A stretch of 64,000 nt of DNA from an uncultured Candidatus Saccharibacteria bacterium (GCA_964607415.1 CAZSKK010000001.1:4190-68189), one strand, 5' to 3'; counted from the first letter of the stretch, positions 1-8,728 are shown. Made by a program: numbers and translations. Notes: a model not told the origin generated them from the sequence alone.

Positions 1-1911
1 TTTACTTACCACATCTTTCTTGCCTTTAACAAAAATATTGATACTCACGCCTTGCTGTATATCAAAAACATTTTCATCTTTAGTGCCATCAGGTGAAACT
101 TCCTTCTTTTTAGTGTTCCCATGTAGATCAATCGTATATATTTTGTCAAACACATCTTGCAGTTTCCACCGCATACCTCTAAAGGTTGGATTGTCTAAAA
201 ACCCGTGAGGATTAATAAATGCAAGTACACCTTCACCATTCTTTTCAATAAAATATTGAGCAAAACGGATAAATTTAACATAATCATCGTTTATCCATTT
301 AGGGTTTTTTTCTTTAAGCTTCACTTTCCCACCAGGTTCATATTTATAATCATCCATTAAATTCATTATCCACTCTCCTTTGTTAGAACTTTCGCCACTG
401 TACGGTGGATTTCCAATAACAACCATAATTGGCTTTTCCTTTTTGACCTCATTTGCCTCTTCACTTTCTTGGGATAACCACTGAGAAAATAAATCTCGCT
501 GCGAAGCCTCAGGTTCTTCCAAAGAATTTGTTAAATAAACTCCTAATCTTTTTCCTTTTCCTTTATTAAAATCGTAACCAGTTTCGGAAAGTGTAATATC
601 TAGCTTTAAATGCGCCATTGCATAACTTGCCATTAAAATTTCAAACCCATGTAATCTTGGTAATAAATGATCATCAACATAACTCTGCCATAAACCTTCC
701 TGGCCTTTAAATTTAGAGTTATAAATAAACTTAATAACTTGATCCAAAAATGTACCTGTTCCTGTTGCAGGATCCAAAACTTGAACTCTATGCTCCATTA
801 CTTTTTGCTTTTTTCTTTTACCTTGAACTTCAACAGTTTTTTCAATCTCAATTTTTTGCGTATCAGCTAAACCATCTTTAATTCCAAATTCATCTTTTAA
901 AATGTCGTCAACTGCTCTAACAATAAAATCTACAACAGGTTCTGGAGTGTAATAAACACCTCTAGCTTTTCTAAGCTTGGAATCATATTCTGCCAAGAAA
1001 GTTTCGTAAAAATGTACAATTACATCTTCTCTTTTTGTACTTTTCCCAAAATCTTCAAGTAGTTCTTTTACATTCACATGATTAAATAAATCTGCTAAAT
1101 CATCAACCATCCATTCAATACGTTGGTCAATATTGTACCCTGCAATTGATTGAAAGAAATTTCTTAAAAAAGGGTTGGATTTTGGAAGTAATTTATTTGC
1201 TTCATCTCTATTAAATGTTTCTATTGAATCATCGTGATATCTTGCTGCAAACATTCCGTAAGCTACAGTTTGAGAATATATATCAGCAAATTGTTCTTTA
1301 CTTAAATCGTGAATTAGCATTTGTTTAAAAGTCTCGTATTGTTTTTCAACTTGACCATCTTGTGTTGTTTCATCTTCTAGGGAAAGGTAAAGTGTGTTTT
1401 TAAGCATCTTTGCTTTATTAGCCATTAGCAGTGCTAAATCTTTTGAACTTTTGATTGTAACTGCTTTTTCTAAAGTGAAGTTTTTTAATAAACTCTCTAG
1501 AATTGCAATTTTATTTTCAAAAATCTCAATTTTATTATCGACTAGTCTAGCTACTTCAACACGTGCTGTTTCTTCACCATTTAAATAAAAGCGAAATTCT
1601 AGATAGTTAGTAAAACAAAGATTATTTAATGAAGCTTTATACCTGTTTACTTGATTTCTGGATTTTAACTCTTTATCTAAATCAATATCTATATCTTTTG
1701 CTTCAATGTATCCAATTGGAATTTTTCCTTTAAGCAGTAGAAAGTCAGGTGCTCCAACTTTTTGCTGTTTGGGGTCGTTTACTGCATTTATTGAACTATT
1801 GATATTTTGAATAAGTTGCTGAAGTGCTGGACGATATGCATGTTCTCTGGCGTGTCCAGTTTTAAATTTACTCTGTATTTCCTCTAAATACTTACTTATT
1901 GCATCGTTCAT
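1..1911 (-). CDS. Partial N6-adenine DNA methyltransferase / type IIL restriction-modification enzyme (MmeI-like or BREX PglX-like). The ORF starts at the ATG at 1911 and runs off the left edge, so the C-terminal specificity region lies outside the window.
   Basis: My own minus-strand translation from 1911 (MNDAISKYLEEIQSKF...) is open to position 1. The ORF track omits it because it is edge-truncated. Gamma-class MTase motifs are present: motif I VLDPATGTGTFL, YYTPEPVV, motif IV VIGNPPYSGE, and a downstream IDLHGN typical of MmeI/PglX-family enzymes. The N-terminus carries APDFLLLKGKIPIGYIEAKDIDIDLDK, which resembles the MmeI D-x(n)-E-x-K nuclease motif region. Confidence 0.7.
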   Translation of the reverse strand, partial: MNDAISKYLEEIQSKFKTGHAREHAYRPALQQLIQNINSSINAVNDPKQQKVGAPDFLLLKGKIPIGYIEAKDIDIDLDKELKSRNQVNRYKASLNNLCFTNYLEFRFYLNGEETARVEVARLVDNKIEIFENKIAILESLLKNFTLEKAVTIKSSKDLALLMANKAKMLKNTLYLSLEDETTQDGQVEKQYETFKQMLIHDLSKEQFADIYSQTVAYGMFAARYHDDSIETFNRDEANKLLPKSNPFLRNFFQSIAGYNIDQRIEWMVDDLADLFNHVNVKELLEDFGKSTKREDVIVHFYETFLAEYDSKLRKARGVYYTPEPVVDFIVRAVDDILKDEFGIKDGLADTQKIEIEKTVEVQGKRKKQKVMEHRVQVLDPATGTGTFLDQVIKFIYNSKFKGQEGLWQSYVDDHLLPRLHGFEILMASYAMAHLKLDITLSETGYDFNKGKGKRLGVYLTNSLEEPEASQRDLFSQWLSQESEEANEVKKEKPIMVVIGNPPYSGESSNKGEWIMNLMDDYKYEPGGKVKLKEKNPKWINDDYVKFIRFAQYFIEKNGEGVLAFINPHGFLDNPTFRGMRWKLQDVFDKIYTIDLHGNTKKKEVSPDGTKDENVFDIQQGVSINIFVKGKKDVVSK

Positions 1912-1973
1912 TATTCGAATTTAGGGTTCGTAAGGTTGTCACATAATTACTGTAAATTGCATAAATTTACAGT

Positions 1974-1990
1974 TCGGAGAGGAAGAGATT
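1974..1990. repeat. A 17-nt direct copy (TCGGAGAGGAAGAGATT) of the tRNA-Ser 3' end (2136-2152), about 160 bp from the tRNA. It is an att-like repeat, and each copy is preceded by a short palindrome.
   Basis: The same 17-mer occurs at 1974-1990 and 2136-2152. The hairpins ACTGTAAATTGCATAAATTTACAGT (about 1949-1973) and CACTGCAAATTGCAGTG (about 2107-2123) precede the two copies. Confidence 0.6.
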
Positions 1991-2136
1991 TCCTCTTCGA
2001 GGATCAAATGCGGTCATAAGTTTCGGCTGTACTTCGTTTGCCTCAACTTGACCTTATTTGTCGAACTTTCGTTCTCATTTTTATTTCCTCTAATTTGCAA
2101 ATTTACCACTGCAAATTGCAGTGTTAAATTCACAAT

Positions 2137-2224
2137 CGGAGAGGAAGAGATTCGAACTCTCGCTAGGATTGCTCCTACTACGGGTTTAGCAAACCCGCCC
2201 CTTCAACCACTTGGGTACCTCTCC
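2137..2224 (-). tRNA. tRNA-Ser (anticodon GCU), 88 nt with a long variable arm. No CCA is encoded.
   Basis: The reverse complement folds as a cloverleaf: acceptor GGAGAGG/CCTCTCC; anticodon stem CGGGT/ACCCG with loop TTGCTAA (anticodon GCT); long variable arm TAGGAGCAATCCTA; T arm GAGAG-TTCGAAT-CTCTT; discriminator G. Confidence 0.85.
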
Positions 2225-2456
2225 ATGAATTAGTTTTGAGTTTAAGTAAATAGCAATAGTAAATGCTAAATGTTTATTATTGGTGCTGCTTTTTACTTGC
2301 ACTTAAACTTACACCTTGGCTTTCTTATGACTGTCTTAATCTCAGTCAAAGAATTATACTAAAAATTATCCTAAATGGCGAAGTGAAAATTCTTCTATAT
2401 TCATTCTATAATTTACATAAGTGCTAAAATAATTGTATAGCTGTTAGTTTATTCTT

Positions 2457-3314
2457 ATGGCAGATAAAGATAACTACGTAGTGAGAATAATGTCCAAGGA
2501 TGAAGTAAGAGATATTGCTATTGAATGGGCTGCTAACGAAGGATGGAACCCTGGACTTTACGATTTAGATAGCTTTTATGAATCAGACCCAGAAGGCTTT
2601 TATATTGGTCTTATTGATAACGAGCCTATTGCTTGCATTTCAGCAATTTCATACAATGAAGATTTTGGATTCCTTGGATTCTATATCGTTAAATCTGAAT
2701 ATAGAGGCAAAGGTTACGGATTTAAACTTTGGAACGAAGCTCTTAAACATCTTCCTATTCAAAACATTGGCCTTGATGGAGTTATCGATCAGCAAGAAAA
2801 TTACAAGAAATCTGGATTCAAGTTAGCCTATAGAAATATTAGACACGAAGGCTTGAGTAAGAAGTTTAAAGATATTGCAACAGAAATTCATCCTATAAAC
2901 CGGGTTCCTTTTAAAAAAATTTTGGAGTATGATTCAAAAGTATTTCCAGTGTCACGAAAGATTTTTTTAGAAAATTGGTTTTCTCAGCCGGAAAGCTATG
3001 CAATTGCTTACGTTAAAGATAATGAGGTTAGTGGATATGGGATGATTAGAAAATGCAGAAATGGATATAAAATAGGACCGTTGTTTGCGGATAGTAAAGT
3101 GGTTGCTACAGAAATATTCAATGCTTTGTGTAACTTTCTAGATGAAAATACAACTTTCTATCTTGATACTCCCGAAGCAAATACTGATGGTGTGAATTTA
3201 GCAAAAGACAATAATATGCATTACGTTTTTGAGACTGCGAGGATGTATACCAAGCAAGAACCAGCTATAGATTTAGACAAAATTTTTGGAGTCACAACAT
3301 TTGAACTGGGATAA
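2457..3314 (+). CDS. GNAT-family N-acetyltransferase with a C-terminal extension.
   Basis: 285-aa ORF. The N-terminal half has a GNAT-like pattern (FYIVKSEYRGKGYGFKLWNEAL, R/Q-x-x-G-x-G/A acetyl-CoA motif). Confidence 0.55.
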   Translation: MADKDNYVVRIMSKDEVRDIAIEWAANEGWNPGLYDLDSFYESDPEGFYIGLIDNEPIACISAISYNEDFGFLGFYIVKSEYRGKGYGFKLWNEALKHLPIQNIGLDGVIDQQENYKKSGFKLAYRNIRHEGLSKKFKDIATEIHPINRVPFKKILEYDSKVFPVSRKIFLENWFSQPESYAIAYVKDNEVSGYGMIRKCRNGYKIGPLFADSKVVATEIFNALCNFLDENTTFYLDTPEANTDGVNLAKDNNMHYVFETARMYTKQEPAIDLDKIFGVTTFELG

Positions 3315-3323
3315 AATTATTGA

Positions 3324-4238
3324 ATGGAACTACCATATGAACTAAAAACGCTTTACTATCACTGGGAAAAACATACAGTTAAACCAGCCGCTCAAACAAA
3401 TAGTGATTTTAACCAATCAATCTATAATCAAGTTTTGTCTTTTGCAAATGAAAGAATGAATATTTGGGAGAAGAAAATATTGAATCAAAATCCGCCGTAC
3501 TCAAACGATCAGATTCTAACAAATTTTAGATTTTGCAATGTTTACAGAGAGCTTGATAAACAAACAATAGTTTTCCATAAACTGTTGAAACCGTTGAAAC
3601 ATGATTTGGATTTGTGGCTTTTGAATATGATTTTTTGCAGATTTGTTTGTAACCCAGAAACTATTACTAAAGTTGGTTTTTTAAACTTTGATACAAAAAA
3701 TAATCAAGAAGTTTATAAAAAGCTAGTGAATTTATCTTCACCAAAATATGGAACTGCCTATATTTTCCCAATTAGTATAATCCAAAAAAGTAAATGGAAT
3801 ACTCGTGAAAAATTTTTCTGTGAATATCTTCCCATAGCAATTCCCGACGTAAGTGAAATTATAAAATCTTTTGGAAATATTTCAGTAGTTGAAGCTTTGT
3901 CTAGAATTTTGCCTGCTTTTAAATTTAACTTTAAGTTTCACTGGACAGAGGTTTTAATAGATTTAGCATATCAATTCCCCGACTACATAGATTTATTTAA
4001 AGAATTTCCAATTGGTCCGGGATCCATTCCAAGTATGAAAAATTTAAATAATTTAAGAAATCCTGAAATTGTTTGCTTGAAATTAGTTTCTAGTGTTCCA
4101 GATAACTTTAATTATCTGACTTTCGAAGGGAAAACAATTTACTTAAGTGCAGAAAACTGGGAAGGAATTGGTTGTGAGTTTAGAAAATATTCAAACTTAA
4201 AACAAGGCAAAGGAAGAAAAAGAAGATTTAGAGATTAA
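3324..4238 (+). CDS. Hypothetical protein, 304 aa, with the conserved-looking motif FRFCNVYRELDKQT. Function unknown.
   Basis: Long ORF located 9 nt after the GNAT gene. I recognise no known domain. Confidence 0.4.
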   Translation: MELPYELKTLYYHWEKHTVKPAAQTNSDFNQSIYNQVLSFANERMNIWEKKILNQNPPYSNDQILTNFRFCNVYRELDKQTIVFHKLLKPLKHDLDLWLLNMIFCRFVCNPETITKVGFLNFDTKNNQEVYKKLVNLSSPKYGTAYIFPISIIQKSKWNTREKFFCEYLPIAIPDVSEIIKSFGNISVVEALSRILPAFKFNFKFHWTEVLIDLAYQFPDYIDLFKEFPIGPGSIPSMKNLNNLRNPEIVCLKLVSSVPDNFNYLTFEGKTIYLSAENWEGIGCEFRKYSNLKQGKGRKRRFRD

Positions 4239-4262
4239 GGCATAAAGCATTTTAAATTAATA

Positions 4263-4583
4263 TTACGCTTCTTTATTGTTGTTATCTATTTCAGAAAGTT
4301 TTTGCTCATTTAACGCTCTTGCTCTTTTGATGAACGATTCATCTACTCCATACGCTTGAAGCTCAGCTATTAAGTCTTCACTGCTACCAAGCTCTTTTGC
4401 ATTCTTTCGCGGGCTATTTGTTATACCTATACGATAAGTATTATTGCTATAAAAATTAAGTGTTACATTTAAACCTGAAGAGTTTGTAGTACTGATGTGC
4501 TGAGTTAAAGATACTTTTGCTAATGGACGTCTTTTAGAAAGGATTAATAATTCCTCTTCGATAGTAAATCTTTTACTTGACAT
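4263..4583 (-). CDS. Hypothetical small basic protein (106 aa).
   Basis: ORF only. K/R-rich. Confidence 0.3.
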   Translation of the reverse strand: MSSKRFTIEEELLILSKRRPLAKVSLTQHISTTNSSGLNVTLNFYSNNTYRIGITNSPRKNAKELGSSEDLIAELQAYGVDESFIKRARALNEQKLSEIDNNNKEA

Positions 4584-4619
4584 TCGGGAATGTTACCATA
4601 ATATGCCAACAATAGTCAA

Positions 4620-4735
4620 AAGGCTCTTTTTGTTTCATTCCGGAATCGAACAAAGTGAGATGTCTGAAGTATATTGATAGATTTACTAGTGTTATATTCC
4701 GGTCTTTAGCTTCGCTAAAACCGGAATGACACAAT
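4620..4735. repeat. Intergenic inverted-repeat element (family 2) with termini GTTTCATTCCGG ... CCGGAATGACAC. A second copy lies at 47020-47095.
   Basis: Shared blocks ACTAG(T/C)GTTATATTC and CGGAATGACACAAT in the same orientation at both loci. Terminal inverted repeats are present. Confidence 0.4.
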
Positions 4736-4800
4736 GGTGGTTATTCTATTCTTTTTTGCTCTTTAGCTCTCAACCTATGGACCTCGCTCTAACCTCAAAC

Positions 4801-5268
4801 CTATTTCGTGTTAGTCTTAACCTTAATCTTATTAGGCTTAGCTTCCGGTAACTTTGGCATTACAATCTTCAACATTCCGTTTTCAACATTTGCGTCTGCT
4901 TTACTTGCATCAACTCGAGCTGGCAATTGTACAGTTCTACTAAATGATTGTTTACTAATCTCTTTGTAATAATATTTTCTTTTTTCATCGTTTTCTTCTT
5001 TTTTGCTTTCCATATTTCCACTCACTGTTAACATGTTATCTTCAATTGAAATGTCCAGATCTTTTTCATTAAAACCTGCAATTTTTGCTTCTGCAACAAC
5101 ATTATCACCATCATCGTAAACATCCATTGAAATATCTGCAGAAAATTTACCAGCGTAAATTGGTGAGTTAAAAAACTCGTCCAAAAAAGTATCAAAAATT
5201 TGTGAAGGTCTATTGATTGATATTCTATTCATAAAGTAAATTTTAATAAATAAGATATCATTTAGCAC
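4801..5268 (-). CDS. Hsp20/alpha-crystallin small heat-shock protein. The track start is a GTG; the true start is probably the internal ATG (MNRISIN...) about 36 nt downstream.
   Basis: Alpha-crystallin domain pattern (ISIEDNMLTVSGN...FSRTVQLP...ENGMLKIVMPK). Confidence 0.85.
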   Translation of the reverse strand: MLNDILFIKIYFMNRISINRPSQIFDTFLDEFFNSPIYAGKFSADISMDVYDDGDNVVAEAKIAGFNEKDLDISIEDNMLTVSGNMESKKEENDEKRKYYYKEISKQSFSRTVQLPARVDASKADANVENGMLKIVMPKLPEAKPNKIKVKTNTK

Positions 5269-5288
5269 TTGGTAAGATCCGGTGCTAA
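5262..5288. promoter_or_regulatory. CIRCE-like inverted repeat (putative HrcA operator) upstream of the hsp20 gene.
   Basis: TTAGCACTT-N9-CGGTGCTAA versus the CIRCE consensus TTAGCACTC-N9-GAGTGCTAA. It sits about 30 nt upstream of the probable hsp20 ATG. Confidence 0.5.
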
Positions 5289-5396
5289 TTTAAGTATAAA
5301 ATAGAGGCTAAATTTTTGTCAAGAATTCATATCTGTATTATTTTTTATAACAAATAGTCAATAAAAATAAAAGTTTATTGGTAGTTTTGTTAGTAG

Positions 5397-6395
5397 ATGG
5401 TAAAATCTATAACTTTTTATTTTTCAAATTACATGGCAAACCCAGTTGTTAAATTTGTATTTAAAGATCCTAATAGGGATAGAATCATTCCTGTGAATTT
5501 AGTTCATAAATTGATAGCTACTGCTTTTATATTGGGAAGCATACTGGCTGGTTCAATAACAGCGGAAAGAGATGAATCTTGGAACGCACAGGATTTTTAT
5601 ATTAGGCTTAAAAATGGGCAGGCAGCAAAAATGGAAATAGTAGAATTTTTAAGCAATCCTGCAAAGATCAGGGAAATGGAACAATTACTAGAAAGTAATC
5701 AAGAAACTTCTGAAACCCTAAGCATCAATAATGCTGATATTTCACCTTTAAGAGTGGTCAATGGAGATGGCGAAGAGGTTACATTAGTGGTAGGTGATAG
5801 AAGGATCAGAACAGATAGTTTTCAGTTATCAAACCAAATAGCTGAAATTTCCTACCCTAATCTTAGTCTTGATACCCATGGTTTAACATTAAATATTAAC
5901 GAAAATAACGATAGCTCCCAGTTTAATGCTAATCAAATAAGTTTTAATGATCTTCTGAGAAAATCTAACGCGTTAAATGAACTTCTAATGATAATTTCGA
6001 ATGGGGATATAACTGTAGAAACTATATTGAGTAAATTACCTGAAAGCAATAGAGTTTATTGCGACTCATCCACAAATTACTCAGCAGTTTTAGATGGTGA
6101 AAGTGTGATACCAGATGGAATAAATGGTTATCTTTTAATAAATAGTAATAACCCTTTACAGTTATCAGCAGCACCAGAATTAAGTATTTTCGCTTCTTAC
6201 GGAATTGGCTTTCATGAGTTGACTGTTCACGAAATTAGATCCTCACAAGATCCTTCTTATAAGGCTACAGTTCAAGAACTAGAAAGTGAAGGTAATTTTG
6301 AGGCACTCTCAGAAATTCATGATTTATATGAAAGAGCAATTAAAGATTTATATAGTGCGTGCCAAATAGATTTTGATGGGTTAGGTGAAGGATAG
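5397..6395 (+). CDS. Hypothetical membrane-anchored protein (332 aa).
   Basis: ORF with an N-terminal hydrophobic segment. No recognised domain. Confidence 0.35.
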   Translation: MVKSITFYFSNYMANPVVKFVFKDPNRDRIIPVNLVHKLIATAFILGSILAGSITAERDESWNAQDFYIRLKNGQAAKMEIVEFLSNPAKIREMEQLLESNQETSETLSINNADISPLRVVNGDGEEVTLVVGDRRIRTDSFQLSNQIAEISYPNLSLDTHGLTLNINENNDSSQFNANQISFNDLLRKSNALNELLMIISNGDITVETILSKLPESNRVYCDSSTNYSAVLDGESVIPDGINGYLLINSNNPLQLSAAPELSIFASYGIGFHELTVHEIRSSQDPSYKATVQELESEGNFEALSEIHDLYERAIKDLYSACQIDFDGLGEG

Positions 6396-6406
6396 TAGCC
6401 TAGACC

Positions 6407-7228
6407 TTAGGCATGAACGCTTTGTCTGCAAACCCAAAACCTAACTTTTTTATTTTCATCGTTTAAAACCTGTAATTTCCAATTACGAAGTTCGTGACTA
6501 GTAGCTTGCAGTTCGTCATGGCTATCATCCACTTCTAAAATCACAATTCCATTCCCAGCTAAATATTTTGGTGCTTGTTCTAAAAGTTTTTTAATATATT
6601 TAAGCCCATCTTTTCCTCCATCTAAAGCTTTTTTAGGTTCAAAATCTTTAACGCTTGAATCGAGCTTTTTAATTCGGTTGGATGGAATATAGGGAAGGTT
6701 TGCGAAAATAATATCAAGCCGCGAGTTACGAGCTTCCAGCTTCGAGTAGCCTTCCAGCAAATCGGATTTGAAAATCTCTATGTTTGAGTTTGGCGCTAGA
6801 GTTTCTTTGTTTTGTCTTGCAATCGCTAGAGCCTTTTCGGACTTATCTGATAGATATCCTTCATAATTAATTCCTAGCTTTTCAAGTTCTAGTGCGAATG
6901 TTATGCCTATGCAGCCTGAACCAGTGCCAATGTCGGCCCACCTCACCCGTCTTCGCTTATGCTGAGCCACTCTCTCCTGAAGGAGAGGGAAATCTGAACG
7001 AAGTTCAGATGGGGTGAGGTGATCAATCGCAATCTTAATCATTCCCTCCGTCTCAACTCTTGGTATCAAAACATTTTTATTTACCACAAATTCTCTCCCA
7101 TAAAATTCTGCTTTTTCAACCAAATACTCAACAGGGGTTGATCCAACCTTTTTTAAATCTAATTTAGTTGGATCAACCCCATGTTTTATTAACCAGTTAA
7201 ATTCGTATGTGTTAAATTTTCTTTGCAT
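6407..7228 (-). CDS. prmC: Release-factor glutamine N5-methyltransferase (PrmC/HemK family).
   Basis: SAM motif I ADIGTGSGCIGI and an NPPY-type motif ANLPYIP. Confidence 0.8.
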   Translation of the reverse strand: MQRKFNTYEFNWLIKHGVDPTKLDLKKVGSTPVEYLVEKAEFYGREFVVNKNVLIPRVETEGMIKIAIDHLTPSELRSDFPLLQERVAQHKRRRVRWADIGTGSGCIGITFALELEKLGINYEGYLSDKSEKALAIARQNKETLAPNSNIEIFKSDLLEGYSKLEARNSRLDIIFANLPYIPSNRIKKLDSSVKDFEPKKALDGGKDGLKYIKKLLEQAPKYLAGNGIVILEVDDSHDELQATSHELRNWKLQVLNDENKKVRFWVCRQSVHA

Positions 7229-7237
7229 GAAGTAATT

Positions 7238-7981
7238 TTACAACAAACATGCATTCATTCCACTCAAATCATTAAAACAATTGCCGTCTTTGTCTAAAAT
7301 TATTACTTTTGTAACTTCAGAGTTGTAGTATTTGATATTTTCTAAAATTGGAACACTTACTTGAGATGTGTTATCGCTTAGACCTGTTGTAGTTTTGCAA
7401 AACTGAAATGTTGCCTCAGATCCACTTATTGTAAGCTTAAAATTTTTTCCACCACAATTAGATGAACCGCTTAGACTAACAGGCTCAATTCCCTTAAAAC
7501 CTTGTGCCTCTTCTACTGAAGTTGGGCCGGATAAAAATTCTTCTAAAACAAAAATAGTTTCATCAGTTCTTGATGTAGTTCTAAAAACTGCATCAACAAA
7601 AGAAAAATCATCTGTAGCTTCAGGAAATTTTTGAAAGTATACTCTTAGTGCTCGTTCATCTGGTATTTCTTCGGAGTCTTCATCATCTTCACTGGTCGAA
7701 TCACTGCTTTCTTGTGTGTTTTGCTCATCAGTATTCTCTTGCGATTCTTCGGAGTTATTTTCCTCAGAATCCTTGATAACAATGTATGTAACTGCAGCTG
7801 ATACAGCTGCAACTAAAAGAATAATTATAAACATCAAAAAATAAATAAGCCAAGAATTTTTCTTCTCTTTTTTTGTAGGTTCAATAACTTGAGCTGGAAC
7901 TGCATTAGGGGTGTCCATAGATAAGTAGCAAGTAATAAGTAAAATGTAACTAGTAACTAGAGAATTAGTACGCACCCTCAC
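7238..7981 (-). CDS. Hypothetical membrane-anchored protein with an acidic linker and a GerMN-like C-terminal domain. The track start is probably over-extended into the upstream repeat.
   Basis: ORF with a TM segment, a D/E/S-rich low-complexity stretch and a C-terminal beta-rich domain. Confidence 0.4.
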   Translation of the reverse strand: MRVRTNSLVTSYILLITCYLSMDTPNAVPAQVIEPTKKEKKNSWLIYFLMFIIILLVAAVSAAVTYIVIKDSEENNSEESQENTDEQNTQESSDSTSEDDEDSEEIPDERALRVYFQKFPEATDDFSFVDAVFRTTSRTDETIFVLEEFLSGPTSVEEAQGFKGIEPVSLSGSSNCGGKNFKLTISGSEATFQFCKTTTGLSDNTSQVSVPILENIKYYNSEVTKVIILDKDGNCFNDLSGMNACLL

Positions 7982-8110
7982 CCTGCCCTCTCCTTAAGAC
8001 AGCATATTATGCTGTCGAATGCAGCTTACTTAAGTTGTATTTTTAGCTGCACTCAAATGCACAATGTGCATTTTCGGGAGAGGAAATTCATGTGCCTCCC
8101 TTCTTACCTT
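7972..8110. repeat. GC-rich palindromic intergenic repeat (family 1), copy a.
   Basis: CCTCACCCTGCCCTCTCC, then the palindrome GACAGCATATTATGCTGTC, then GAATGCAGC, then a second palindrome AAATGCACAATGTGCATTT. Confidence 0.5.
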
Positions 8111-8168
8111 AAACTTCATACCTATAACCTGTCTGGCGCTAGAGCTCTTTACCTCTTAAGCTTTCTGG

Positions 8169-8534
8169 CTATTCCTTGTCCGTAAGCTCTTTTAGCACAT
8201 ATACAAGTTTTAAAGTCTTTCCGTCTTTTTTAACTTCTTCAAGTGCGTTTTCAATTAAATCTACTCTAATCAGTTCCTTCAAAAGGTCCATTCTTTCTTT
8301 AAGCTGAGAGATTTTTTCCTTTGTCTGTTTTATGTTTTCATCATCATTTACTTTTTCTCTAAGTTCTTTTGCTTTTTTAACAAGTTTTTGGAGTTCTTCG
8401 TAATCTTCTTGTTGAATTTGAAAATCTTTCAGATCAGCTCGAAGGGTTTTTAGTGTGTTTTTTAGCTGAAAATATTCGGAAGCATTATCAGCTCCTTCTG
8501 TAGTCTTTGTTACTTTTGTTTCTTGCACATTCAT
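8169..8534 (-). CDS. Hypothetical coiled-coil protein (121 aa).
   Basis: ORF rich in K/E heptad-like sequence. Confidence 0.35.
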   Translation of the reverse strand: MNVQETKVTKTTEGADNASEYFQLKNTLKTLRADLKDFQIQQEDYEELQKLVKKAKELREKVNDDENIKQTKEKISQLKERMDLLKELIRVDLIENALEEVKKDGKTLKLVYVLKELTDKE

Positions 8535-8605
8535 AAAACTTTCATAAAAATTAGTTAGATTATGATTATAGAATAACGAATATTGAATTAGTAAGCAATA
8601 GTCTC

Positions 8606-8728
8606 TGGCTTCACCTCATCCTCCCCTCTCCTGAGACAGCATATTATGCTGTCGAATGCAGCTAATTAAGATCTCGACAGGATAATATCCTGTCTCGGGG
8701 TGGCGAGCATGGCGAGCCGGGTGAGGTT
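8606..8728. repeat. GC-rich palindromic intergenic repeat (family 1), copy b.
   Basis: CACCTCATCCTCCCCTCTCC + GACAGCATATTATGCTGTCGAATGCAGC + CTCGACAGGATAATATCCTGTCTCGGGGTG + ...CCGGGTGAGGT. The ends form terminal inverted repeats. Confidence 0.5.

Noticed and set aside
20-1588. Plus-strand ORFs 20-208 and 1394-1588
   Set aside because: They lie antisense inside the long minus-strand methyltransferase ORF. They have no motifs and are typical shadow ORFs of AT-rich DNA.
1949-2050. Possible second tRNA or tmRNA next to tRNA-Ser
   Set aside because: The region has hairpins and the 17-nt tRNA 3'-end copy, but no D or anticodon arms and no GTTCGAATC T-loop. It is interpreted as an att-like remnant, not an RNA gene.
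2048-2233. Plus-strand ORF 2048-2233
   Set aside because: It overlaps the tRNA-Ser gene and the att-like repeat region. It is not coding.
1-4600. Prophage or integrative element with integrase inside the window
   Set aside because: There is no integrase/recombinase, terminase or capsid gene anywhere in the window. Only the att-like repeat at tRNA-Ser hints at past integration, and any partner genes would lie outside the window.
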